Source of the DNA: Octopus bimaculoides
Lineage: Eukaryota
Length of the DNA stretch: 64,000 nucleotides
Assembly (NCBI RefSeq): GCF_001194135.2
Contig: NC_069001.1
Span: forward strand, 23,962,616-24,026,615
Reading direction: 5' to 3'
The notes beneath the pieces are model-generated. The model did not search any database. It was not told where the DNA came from and saw only the letters and a list, made by a program, of their open reading frames with translations. How positions within the stretch are numbered: the first letter of the stretch is position 1; each line of letters starts with the position of its first letter. A program made the translations under genes and the position numbers. Of this stretch, positions 52,511-64,000 are shown piece after piece.

Positions 52511-52744
52511 GTTATTATTATTCAGGTCACTGCCTGGGATCAAACTCAGAATCTTGAGCTACTAACCCCAAGATTCTGAGTTCGATTCTAGGCAGTGACC
52601 TGAATGATAATAATAATAATAATCATAATAATAATAATAACATTGAAAAATACGATAGGAAGGAGAACCCAGGTTCAAAATTTTGAGACGTTCTGTTAAC
52701 AACAAACAAGACGAGGACAAATATCGGCCAAATGTAAATAATGT
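52112..52744. mobile_element. Fold-back (inverted) element derived from a PLE-like pseudo-LTR
   Basis: The outer arms are complementary (ACATTATTTACATTT...GTCCTC vs GAGGAC...AAATGTAAATAATGT), followed inward by (ATT)n/(AAT)n. The central 36-bp hairpin is 52521-52556/52569-52604, and the left arm carries an HHR. Confidence 0.65.
52163..52204 (-). ncRNA. Minimal type I hammerhead ribozyme (slightly degenerate) within a fold-back element
   Basis: Minus strand reads CAC-CTGATGA-A-GcCTG-gagggtatat-CAGCC-GAAA-T-G-T-T-GTG. There is one stem II mismatch and the triplet is GUU. Confidence 0.65.
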
Positions 52745-54779
52745 TGTTGTTGTTGTCACTGCTGCTTGTTAGTGTTGTTGCTGATGTTCTTTTTGATGTT
52801 GCTGTTGTTTACATTGTCTCCACTGCAGCTAAACACTGACCGAACAGAGTTTGAAAGTAATACAACCAGAGAACAAGCTTCTCATAGAGTTCCTCCTTGC
52901 TGGACTGGTGAAAGGATTAAGACCAGACCAATATGAACCACCCCTTCCCAGAGGTAAAAATGGGTCTGCATTAGACCAACATCTCTTCTGAGAAAAAAAG
53001 CAAGGCTACAGAAGAATTGATGACAAGACTTAGGAGAGGTAGCCTATATNNNNNNNNNNNNNNNNNNNNNNNNNNNNNNNNNNNNNNNNNNNNNNNNNNN
53101 NNNNNNNNNNNNNNNNNNNNNNNNNNNNNNNNNNNNNNNNNNNNNNNNNNNNNNNNNNNNNNNNNNNNNNNNNNNNNNNNNNNNNNNNNNNNNNNNNNNN
53201 NNNNNNNNNNNNNNNTCTATGTCAACATTTCTGTGCCCAAACTTATCCAGTGACTGGTCCATTGGATTTCCGACATTTGGCACTTCTTCAGGAATGGCTA
53301 CCATCAGAACAAATTACAAAAAAACACATACATAACGATTATAATAAATTATTAAATTATTAAAATTTCTTTTACGTCCACCATTATTTTTCCGTTATAT
53401 ATATATATATATATATGATGTATGGGTGGCCAAATGGTTAGTTGATCCAAGTTTCATCATCATCATCATTTAATGTCTGCTTACCATGCATGCATGGGTT
53501 GGACAGTTTGACTGAGGTTGAAGAGCCAGAAGACTGCACCAGGCTTCCCTGTCTGTTTTGGCATGGCTTTTATGGCCGGGTGCCCTTCTTAATGCCACCT
53601 ACCTTACAAAGTGGACTGAGTGCATTTTACATGGCACAGCACCAGTGAGGTCTGTTATGACATGGTTTTTATGGTAGGATTCCAACCACTTCACAGAGTA
53701 GCCTGGATGCTTTTTAAAGCCAATGTTTTTACAATGGCTCCATGTTGACCCAAACCACATGATTTAAACTGAAAAAATGAAAACTATAAGGAAGAGCTGA
53801 ATATGTAGTTCAAAAGGCCAGCTTTGATACACAATATGTTATTCTGTTTCTAGGTGAGGATTGCATTCAGAGTACAAGGATCCGTGGAGTACTTAACTAC
53901 TTACTTTATAATTACATGATTAGGCAGTTCAGTTGATTAATCAAAGAACAATTCTATTTACTTTATTAATCTCAGCACATATATTAAATAGGAGCACTCC
54001 ATCGGTTATGATGACAAGGGTCCCAGCAGATACAATCAATGAAACAGCCTGCTCTTGAAATTTACGTGCAAGTGGCTGAGCACTCCACAGACATGTGTAC
54101 CTTTAATGTAGTTCTCAGGGAGATTCAGTATGACACAGAGTGTGACAAAGTTGGCCCTTTGAAATACAGGAACTACTTATTTTTGCTGGCTGAGTGGACT
54201 GGAGTAACATGAAATAAAGTGTCTTGCTCAAGGACACGGGAAATTGAACTCACAACCTTATGATCATGAACCGAATGCAATAACCATTAAGCCATATACC
54301 TTCATATATTAAATACACCTAATGTATATTATGTTACAAAAAGCCAAAATAACCTGAAAAAAGTCCCCTGCAAAATTGGGGTTTGTGTTTTCTTATATAC
54401 CAGGTATAACATGTGAACCCTAGATCCTGTAGTTTATTGTAAGTTAATGGCATGGTTGATATTTTTAGAGAAGCCTAAGACCTATATTGATTGGTGGTCA
54501 CTCTCTTCAATTTCGTTGTATGAGTGTTTAAAGGAGAAAATCTTAGAAAGTAAGTTTAAAAATAAAAGAAGCCACATCTATTTAATTAGCAAAGAATAAA
54601 CTTTGTGGGTCAGTAAGGACAAATTATCTCCCTTTGACCAGTTCAGTTGGTTGTCCATTTGGGCTAAAGTGATGAATAGGGAACCTCTGCCCTTAGGTTG
54701 CTTTCAACCCATAAAAACTTTTTCGTGTTCTAATTGACGATTGGTGAATCCCAGCTTGCAACAGGTAGCGTTTGAAATG

Positions 54780-55350
54780 GGGTCAGGAGCTATAAATCTC
54801 ATGTTGGGCATTTAATACTAATGCAGGATACCAAGAGTCTTTGATGATACTTGCTTTCCCTGCTATACAAATCTTGCAGTGTCTGCACCCATCTGACACC
54901 CAGAAATACGAATGACAGCAGCCACGACACCATTGGTGACAGCAGCAGCAACACCAGCAATATGGCCAGGGGTGACTTCCACAATGATAACAACCACAGT
55001 GATATTGCCAGACCAATGCTCTGTAATAACAATACTGATAACAGCTCCAATAACAGCAGTGGCAACAACAACTCAGGCTTGGAACCAACAGAAGAGGCAC
55101 CAGAATTGTGAACACAGCCAGCACCCAAGTTCAGAGATATACTTGGTCAACCAGAACTGCCTTAAAGTGGTGCCTGTACAACCGTAGGTCCTCTTTTAGG
55201 ATTCTGGAAAGCTGATTCATCACATCCCTGGCAAGCCACGTGGAAGATTACAGAGTGGCTAGGGTCTTATATCAATGGGAGTAGATGCTGTAAGCTCTGC
55301 GTAGCAGAGCAAGCAAGGATCACCAAAGACTCCCTCAGTCCAGTGTTAGT
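54780..55350 (+). mobile_element. Highly decayed Penelope-like fragment with Asn/Ser-rich linker
   Basis: Reads YQESL, then a low-complexity N/S/D stretch, then ATWKITEWLGSYINGSRCCKLCVAEQARI, which resembles the PLE C-terminal W..Y.NG.K.C.LC..E motif. Confidence 0.45.
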
Positions 55351-55749
55351 ATTAAATTCCCTACTCCCATTTTACACACTACCAGCTGCAAGCATGGAAT
55401 TTCCCATTCAGCAATAAAATGAAAGCCCGCCTCTTACATAGATATATAAGTGTGAACAATTCTATATACTATGCTGGATACATGTGGTGTTCATTTGGTA
55501 TGTTGAATTTTTGTTCATTTTTATGTGCCTTGATTATGCTTGCACTTATTTGTGCACTAATTATAAGATCATATGTTCTGCAGCTGAATCTGTTTTTAAA
55601 AGCTCACTTTGAGAGTTGCATTCCCTCACGTTCGGTACAATGTGCTTATAATGGTAGTTTTGACTTTAAGAGTCCCTCCTAGTGTGAGGCATTTATGTAT
55701 AGAAATGCCCTTAATATGAATAAATATATTTAAATGGAATAATTAATAA

Positions 55750-55819
55750 ATTTTTCCGTTATGAGGTTTTCACGCTAACTACTTGATAAATTCTTATAAA
55801 GATTTTATCCTATTTTCAA

Positions 55820-55850
<31 letters not shown>

Positions 55851-58065
55851 GTCATTGTATATATATATATATATATAAAATTTCTTTCCTTATTCCTAAA
55901 TCTATTAAATGTGATAGTAACAATAATGATAATAATACTAATAATGATAATCTAATTATCCTAAATAATGTTACCAATAATAAAAATTTAATTAACGTAA
56001 ATAATGATAAGAAAAGACCTACTAATAATAACCTATCCTGCTCAAACAAGAGGAATAAAAATGTAATACAACCTGATAAATGCCTACACAACCATATTAA
56101 CGCCAATAAANNNNNNNNNNNNNNNNNNNNNNNNNNNNNNNNNNNNNNNNNNNNNNNNNNNNNNNNNNNNNNNNNNNNNNNNNNNNNNNNNNNNNNNNNN
56201 NNNNNNNNNNNNNNNNNNNNNNNNNNNNNNNNNNNNNNNNNNNNNNNNNNNNNNNNNNNNNNNNNNNNNNNNNNNNNNNNNNNNNNNNNNNNNNNNNNNN
56301 NNNNNNNNNNNNNNNNNNNNNNNNNNNNNNNNNNNNNNNNNNNNNNNNNNNNNNNNNNNNNNNNNNNNNNNNNNNNNNNNNNNNNNNNNNNNNNNNNNNN
56401 NNNNNNNNNNNNNNNNNNNNNNNNNNNNNNNNNNNNNNNNNNNNNNNNNNNNNNNNNNNNNNNNNNNNNNNNNNNNNNNNNNNNNNNNNNNNNNNNNNNN
56501 NNNNNNNNNNNNNNNNNNNNNNNNNNNNNNNNNNNNNNNNNNNNNNNNNNNNNNNNNNNNNNNNNNNNNNNNNNNNNNNNNNNNNNNNNNNNNNNNNNNN
56601 NNNNNNNNNNNNNNNNNNNNNNNNNNNNNNNNNNNNNNNNNNNNNNNNNNNNNNNNNNNNNNNNNNNNNNNNNNAATAATACAACCAACAATATTGATGT
56701 AAATAATTTAGATACTTGTATCAATAATCAACATAGCAATATATATATATAGCTAATAAGCCCCTTAATTGCAATTGCAGAATTAAAGCCCACTGTCCGG
56801 TATCTGGCCGTTGTTTAACCCGTAATGTAGTCTATAAATGTACATTAACTACTCCAACTAATAATTACATTTATGTTGGTTGCACAATCAACCTTAAACA
56901 ACGATTATATAACCATTTTTCTTCATTTAGACTTAAACATAAAGCCAATAGCACATCATTATCTAATAAAATTTGGGAATTGAAGGAAAATAGTACTGAT
57001 TTTAATCTTAAATGGGAAATCATCAGGAGAGCACAACCTGTGGACTATAGACTATGCTCTATGGAAATTTACGAAATTTTTAAACTTAAGGATAACCCTA
57101 ATCTAATTAACAATAGATCTGACCATAGGGTTATATGTGTGCATTGTTACTCCCCAACCTTTAAATATTTTAAAAAGTAAATATTCTTTAAAAAGTAAAT
57201 CTTACTAAATTTTTTAATTTAGTTTCTCTCATTTCCCTGACTAATAACTATTTTATTTGAGGTTTGACTTTTAATATATACTTAGAATACATTTTAACCT
57301 TTCCCAACCCACTGATAGTAGTCCTACATTTTCTCTAAGTTATTCTGAGTCTTTTTCGAAAACCTTAGCTTTATTTCTCTTAATTTAATCCTGTTTTTCT
57401 AACTCTATTCCTCTCCCTTTTTTTTTCTTCTTCCCTCTTCCCCACTTTCTTTCTGTTTGGATTTTGGCCATTAATATTATAGTTTTACCCATAAATAATA
57501 CCACCCCACATTAATTTATATCTTATTTTAACTGGATATGTTTATCTTGTTCTAATTATTATTGTTCCCTATAGTTTTGAACTTAGTAGTTCAGTGCTTC
57601 ATTGTATTATTCTATTTATACTGTAGAATAGATATATTTCTTTAATAACTTGACCATAATTCCCTTACCTTAAATTTTTTCCAAATTCTTACCACTCCTT
57701 AGGGTATTGGCCTTCCATTTCCTTTTTTTTTTTTTTTTTCTTTCTCTCATACTTGATTTACCCCTAACCTGCTGTCCACCACTACTTAACCTGCTTTCCT
57801 CTAAATTTGAAATTACTAGTATCCCTCCAATTAGATTTTAAATTCTTGTTTGATTCACTTGTCTGTGAAACAGCAGCATAGTTGAGATGTGTTTTCTTCT
57901 CTTACTCTTGTTTTTTACAAACATCTTCAAAATGACTTTCTAAAATGAAATTCCTTTATGCAGCTGAGGAGTACATTTTCATTGTATTTTCTGTAGTGTT
58001 CTCACTACATGAATAAATGGAGCTTGTACGAAACGTACGTACTGCTATAACCTATTGAATTTTTG
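55750..58065 (+). mobile_element. Penelope-like element: Asn-rich linker, GIY-YIG domain, T-rich pseudo-LTR ending in an HHR
   Basis: Open frame 56737-57180 reads NCNCRIKAHCPVSGRCLTRNVVYKC..YIYVGCTINLKQRLYNHFSSF..STSLSNKIWELKE..LKWEII. An upstream Asn-rich frame spans 55877-56110, and the region is split by a gap. Confidence 0.85.
57956..58050 (+). ncRNA. Type I hammerhead ribozyme at the 3' end of a PLE pseudo-LTR, with extended stem II
   Basis: TTATGCAG-CTGAGGA-GTAC...GTAC-GAAA-C-gtac-G-T-A-CTGCtATAA. Stem III loop is the palindrome GTAC, the triplet is GUA (58039-58041), and stem II contains the hairpin TGTAGTG-ttct-CACTACA. It lies about 800 bp downstream of a GIY-YIG ORF on the same strand. 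Confidence 0.8.
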
Positions 58066-58589
58066 NNNNNNNNNNNNNNNNNNNNNNNNNNNNNNNNNNN
58101 NNNNNNNNNNNNNNNNNNNNNNNNNNNNNNNNNNNNNNNNNNNNNNNNNNNNNNNNNNNNNNNNNNNNNNNNNNNNNNNNNNNNNNNNNNNNNNNNNNNN
58201 NNNNNNNNNNNNNNNNNNNNNNNNNNNNNNNNNNNNNNNNNNNNNNNNNNNNNNNNNNNNNNNNNNNNNNNNNNNNNNNNNNNNNNNNNNNNNNNNNNNN
58301 NNNNNNNNNNNNNNNNNNNNNNNNNNNNNNNNNNNNNNNNNNNNNNNNNNNNNNNNNNNNNNNNNNNNNNNNNNNNNNNNNNNNNNNNNNNNNNNNNNNN
58401 NNNNNNNNNNNNNNNNNNNNNNNNNNNNNNNNNNNNNNNNNNNNNNNNNNNNNNNNNNNNNNNNNNNNNNNNNNNNNNNNNNNNNNNNNNNNNNNNNNNN
58501 NNNNNNNNNNNNNNNNNNNNNNNNNNNNNNNNNNNNNNNNNNNNNNGTGTATGTATGTCTGTGTGTGTGTGCATATGTATATATGTATG

Positions 58590-58745
58590 TGGGAGAATAT
58601 ACAAAAAATAACAACAGACGAGGACAGGTGGTGTAAATAACAAAAGTATATATTAATATGACGCTCGGGAATACGGAAAGTCTTTGACGTTTCGAGCTAT
58701 GCTCTTCAACAGAAAGAATACGGAGACAAGGAGAAAAACACGGAG
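58590..58745 (-). mobile_element. Short young PLE pseudo-LTR 3' fragment (sister of 7971-8123)
   Basis: Near-identical to 7971-8123 and also abuts a TA/TG microsatellite. Confidence 0.7.
58681..58717 (-). ncRNA. Minimal hammerhead-like motif, A6U variant (second young copy)
   Basis: Minus strand reads TCTTT-CTGTTGA-A-GAGC-ata-GCTC-GAAACGTC-AAAGA. It differs from 8062-8098 only in loop II. Confidence 0.65.
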
Positions 58746-58919
58746 AAAAAAAAAAAAAAATTGATATGTATGTATGTGTGTGAATGTATATATGTATGTG
58801 TGTGTTTGCATGTATGTATGTATTCTGCATATTCCTGTGTTTGTGTGTTTTTTTTATGTATGTGTGTGCATGTGTGTATATGTATGTACCTCTTGCTAAA
58901 TTGAAAGCATATTTTAATA

Positions 58920-59735
58920 TAGATGTGCCACCAAAAATACACTAAGATAAATATCCCCTTCAATTTAGCTAAAAGAATTTGCACCGTTGTCTCTGACCCA
59001 ACCACTCGAGAAATATGCTTACAAGACCTCAAAAACGCTATTACAACGCCAATATCACTCCACTCTCATAGACTTTGGAATAAAACGTACCAGGGAACTT
59101 GACAAAAACACACTGAAAACCACCCAACCCCAAAATACTTACATACATCTCCACCTACATCCCCAAAGACATCGAAGCATACACCATAATCAAACAAAAC
59201 CTCCCCTTACTCACCACAGACCCGAAAATGAACAAAATCATTAATACACACAATGTCCTTAAATGCAAAAGGCAACACAAATCTTTGAAAAAACTCTTAA
59301 CTAATGCCAAACTACACACACCACTTCCACCCCCATCAGTTAAAAAATGTGCATGCCCTAACTGTGGTGCCTGCCCCTACCTACTTGAAGGCTCTGAATT
59401 TATCTTCAAAGAAGGAACAAGGTTTAAAATCAAGACCAACTTCTCTTGTTCCTTGGGAACCTCATTTATGTCCTCACATGCGCAGGTTGCCAACTCAACT
59501 ATAGCGGAGAAGAGTAGCAGTCCATAAAGAACAAATAAGTCTTCCACAGCTCCGCTAAATTCCACTCAGTCGCCACATAGACTCTTGTGCCACAAATAAA
59601 ATCCCTGAATTCCTTATATTCCCTTTCTATCAATGTAAAGACAGAATCTCTACACAAGAAAGAATCAACAAGGAGAATCTTTTTATAGAGAAATTCCAAA
59701 CACTTCTTAACATACAAACTCCTTGGTGACCATAT
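58920..59735 (+). mobile_element. Penelope-like element fragment (end of RT, linker, GIY-YIG)
   Basis: CHQKYTKINIPFNLAKRICTVVSD..RQHKSLKKLLTNAK..KKCACPNCGACP..FSC..NLIYVLTCAGCQLNYSGE..ERINKENLFIEKF, with frameshifts. Confidence 0.85.
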
Positions 59736-60225
59736 TCCCTTCTCTCGCTTTGCCATTGAAATACGTATAAATTTACTTCTTGTTTCTCTAAGAACAGACA
59801 TAAACCTCCTGTCGACAAAGAGTCTAGAACTTCAACTAAACAGTATAAAACCCACAGAATTGTCTTCCACACTTCCTGTTTTGACACCACACTTCCTGTT
59901 TAATACATAAACTGTCAGCCTTTTTTAAACACAACACGATTCTTAATTCCATGCATCCTAATATATCTAACAATTATCTACATGGATTACCATTGAACTT
60001 TAAAAACTCAAAGACAATATAATGTATTGGTATATTTATTTTTTTATATATTTTTTATATTTTTGTAAAACGCATTATTTTCATTTTCCCTCTTCTTGAA
60101 AATTTTGCCATACAATGAAAGCCGGTTAGAAATCCTTTTTAATCCTCCTTATGCACATCTATATTAAAATATGCTTTCAGTTTAGCATTCTGCCTTATTA
60201 TTATTACTATTATTTTGTATTTTCC

Positions 60226-60318
<93 letters not shown>

Positions 60319-61339
60319 ATTATATATATGTATATATATACATTTGTGTGTGTGTGTGTGTATGAATGTATATACTTGTACCTTCATGTTTATGTGTTTG
60401 TCACTCACCATCTATTAATAAATGGTGTAGGTTGGTTTACACCTCCATAGCTTATTGATTTGGCAAAGGAGATTGATAGAATACTAACCAAACTTGAAAA
60501 ATAAATACTGGGGCTCGATTTGTCTTTGAATAAACCCTTCAAACCAGTGCCCAAGTATGGCTGTAATCCAGTGACTGAAATAAGTAAAAGAGAGAAGACC
60601 AAAAAAATAAAAGATACATGTATCTACCTATGTGTATATTTAAGTTCACTGGTATTTTAGTGTGCACCTATAGCTATCTGTGTTTAAATGAATTACGTAC
60701 ATACATACACAACAATAAATATAATTTTATACATGCATTTCATCATCATCATCATCATCATCTTCATTTAACATCCGCTTTCCATACTAGCATGGGTTGG
60801 ACGATTTGACTGGGGACTGGTGAACCAGATGGCTACACCAGACTCAATCTGATCTGGCAGAGTTTCTATGGCTGGATGCCCTTCCTAACACCACCCACTC
60901 CGAAAGTGTAGTGGCTGCTTTTTACGTGCCACCAGCACGGGAGTGATCCCGCTCAGATGGATGCCCTTCCTAATACCAACCACATTACATTGTGGTTCAG
61001 TTTCGATCTCACTTGCCCCAACAGGTCTTCGCAAGCTGTGTTTAGTGTCCAATGAAGGAAGGTTGGCATGAATACCAGTCGTTGAATTTGGTTCAATTTC
61101 GATTTCTCTTGTCTCAACAGGTCTTCACAAGCAGAGTTTTGTGTCCGAAGAAGGAGAGGTTGGCATGGGTGCCAGTCGTCGGATTCGGGTCGATTTCAAT
61201 TTCAGATTTCAAATTTCAAATTCCAAATTCACTTGCTTCAACAGGTCTTCACAAGCAGAGTTTTTAGTGTTCAATAAAGTAAATATACGAATAAGTGAGC
61301 TGGCTACACTTCTGGCAGAGGTCACAGATTATGCTCTCA

Positions 61340-61500
61340 CTTGCATTGCCAGGACTTCTCACGTACTGCATATTTCCAAAGGTCCCGGTCACTGGTCATT
61401 GGCTCGGTGAGGCCTAAAGTTCAAAGGTCGTGCTTAACCACCTCATCCCAGGTCTTCCTGGGTCTACCTCTTCCACAGGTTCCCTCAACTGCTAGGGTAT
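61340..61500 (-). mobile_element. RTE LINE 3'-terminal fragment joined to a family-B repeat
   Basis: LAVEGTCGRGRPRKTWDEVVKHDL, then RTLGLTEPMTSDRDLWKY. Confidence 0.85.
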
Positions 61501-62649
61501 ATATATATANNNNNNNNNNNNNNNNNNNNNNNNNNNNNNNNNNNNNNNNNNNNNNNNNNNNNNNNNNNNNNNNNNNNNNNNNNNNNNNNNNNNNNNNNNN
61601 NNNNNNNNNNNNNNNNNNNNNNNNNNNNNNNNNNNNNNNNNNNNNNNNNNNNNNNNNNNNNNNNNNNNNNNNNNNNNNNNNNNNNNNNNNNNNNNNNNNN
61701 NNNNNNNNNNNNNNNNNNNNNNNNNNNNNNNNNNNNNNNNNNNNNNNNNNNNNNNNNNNNNNNNNNNNNNNNNNNNNNNNNNNNNNNNNNNNNNNNNNNN
61801 NNNNNNNNNNNNNNNNNNNNNNNNNNNNNNNNNNNNNNNNNNNNNNNNNNNNNNNNNNNNNNNNNNNNNNNNNNNNNNNNNNNNNNNNNNNNNNNNNNNN
61901 NNNNNNNNNNNNNNNNNNNNNNNNNNNNNNNNNNNNNNNNNNNNNNNNNNNNNNNNNNNNNNNNNNNNNNNNNNNNNNNNNNNNNNNNNNNNNNNNNNNN
62001 NNNNNNNNNNNNNNNNNNNNNNNNNNNNNNNNNNNNNNNNNNNNNNNNNNNNNNNNNNNNNNNNNNNNNNNNNNNNNNNNNNNNNNNNNNNNNNNNNNNN
62101 NNNNNNNNNNNNNNNNNNNNNNNNNNNNNNNNNNNNNNNNNNNNNNNNNNNNNNNNNNNNNNNNNNNNNNNNNNNNNNNNNNNNNNNNNNNNNNNNNNNN
62201 NNNNNNNNNNNNNNNNNNNNNNNNNNNNNNNNNNNNNNNNNNNNNNNNNNNNNNNNNNNNNNNNNNNNNNNNNNNNNNNNNNNNNNNNNNNNNNNNNNNN
62301 NNNNNNNNNNNNNNNCACACACACACACACACATCAAGTACTGGCCCTTCCTAATACCAACCACATTACATTGTGGTTCAGTTTCGATCTCACTTGCCCC
62401 AACAGGTCTTCGCAAGCTGTGTTTAGTGTCCAATGAAGGAAGGTTGGCATGGGTGCCAGTCGTTGAATTTGATTCAATTTCGATTTCTCTTGTCTCAACA
62501 GGTCTTCACAAGCAGAGTTTTGTGTCCAAAGAAGGAAAGATACGCATAAGTGGGTTTGGCTACACCCCCTGGTAAAGTCCACGGGTTATGGTCTCACTTG
62601 TCTTGCCGGGTCTTCTCACGCACAGCATATTTTCAAAGGTCTTGGTATT

Positions 62650-62916
62650 CACACTTGAGTGCTACCATACTTTCAGAGGATTTTTCCATTATGTGTAGAT
62701 TTCTCTGTTTATAAACGTACCCCCAAAAAACCACGTATCTTGGGAATCCATGATCCGATTCATGCAAAACTTGCTTTATTTTGTTTGTATTCACATTCCA
62801 GGGGTCCCTTACTTTCAGAGTATTTTCCCATTATGCACCAGTTTGGCTGTATTAAAGTACAGACAAGCACACAAGCAAGCAAGCAAGCAATCACAGACTT
62901 TTAGAATTATATAGAT
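62650..62916 (+). mobile_element. 5'-truncated HINE-like element related to 17798-18703
   Basis: Shares TTCCAGGGG(T)CCCT, has a (CAAG)n microsatellite near the 3' end, and terminates TATATAGAT. Confidence 0.5.
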
Positions 62917-63381
62917 TAGTCCTGGTGCCATGTTAAAAGCACTCCCATGCCAGTGCCATGTTAAAAAGCACCCAACACACAGTGTAACGTGGTTGGTATT
63001 AGGAAGGGCATCCAGCCATAGATATCAAGCCAAATCAGACTGGAACTGGGTGCAAAACCCCAGCTTGTCAGCTCTGGTCAAATCATCCAACCCATGCTGG
63101 CATGGAACTTGGACATTATAGAACGATTATGATGATATATGTATATATAGATACATATTATTAATGTTTAGCAGAAACAGGTAACTTAAAGGCCAAGAGT
63201 TTTGAATGCTATTAAAATGCTAATGCACAAATTCTAGGCCTTTGAGTCACTCCTCTGCTTCTACTAAATATTTATAAACAATATGTATATATGCTCAGGT
63301 TCTGAGTTCTGTTTTGCCTGTTTGCATCACAAAAACTACATGTAAGTATATATGTATGCATGTATATATACATGTGCATAC

Positions 63382-63436
<55 letters not shown>

Positions 63437-63622
63437 GGCACAGGAGTGGTTGTGCTGTAAGAAGTTTACTTCCCTGCCACATGGATCTGGGTTCAGTCCC
63501 ACTGCATGGCACCTTGGAGAAGTGTCTTCTCCTATAGCCTCTGACCAAAGGCTGACCAAAGCCTTGTGAGTGGATTTGATAGATGGAAACTGAAAGAAGC
63601 CTGTCATATATATATGTATGCA

Positions 63623-63688
<66 letters not shown>

Positions 63689-64000
63689 GGGAGAGAGAGA
63701 GAGAGGGAGAGAGAGAGAGAGAGAGAGAGAGCCATGAAACGCGTGTAGTCAACTTATTGCTATTTACTTTTTATGATGTATCAATTCACTACTATTTACC
63801 GTTTCTGCTTTATCGAATTCTTAGATTAGTATTTTTATAGTGTATTTTTTCTGGATAGTGTCATTGGGGTCTTTCATTGTCTGAATTGTATAATGGTAGT
63901 TCTTCTTTAAATTGTATTTATATACATATATTATATATTGTGAAATTTAGTTTGGTATTACTAAATTGAATATTCCTGTACGTTTGGAATGATATATTCC

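Noticed and set aside
53852-53930. Strong-looking plus-strand acceptor (TTATTCTGTTTCTAG) with a short downstream frame
   Set aside because: There is no good donor and the peptides are unrecognised; insufficient support for an exon.

Overview
Repeat-dense, AT-rich eukaryotic DNA, either intronic or intergenic, with many assembly gaps, mostly bordered by (TA)n. The repeat repertoire suggests an octopod cephalopod such as Octopus (inference). I could not confirm any host protein-coding exon, and almost all ORFs in the supplied track are microsatellite or gap artefacts. Recognisable content: (i) four SINE-like families in many copies; (ii) RTE-clade LINE fragments (AP endonuclease, RT-flanking region, C-terminus, terminal C2H2 fingers); (iii) five Penelope-like element (PLE) remnants with GIY-YIG endonuclease and pseudo-LTR pieces; (iv) a full-length decayed DD37D (maT-type) Tc1/mariner transposon; (v) several MITEs, including TTAA/piggyBac-type ones, and two Helentron/HINE-like elements; (vi) a tRNA-Asp pseudogene fragment. 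The main hidden signal is a set of at least eight type I hammerhead ribozyme (HHR) motifs on both strands, tied to PLE pseudo-LTRs. They include copies with an intact core, copies with long stem II insertions, a young family with an A6U core substitution, and HHR-bearing fold-back elements. There is also a ~560-bp near-perfect palindrome next to a truncated PLE, plus several other long hairpins. Motif coordinates were counted by hand; repeat boundaries are approximate (tens of bp).
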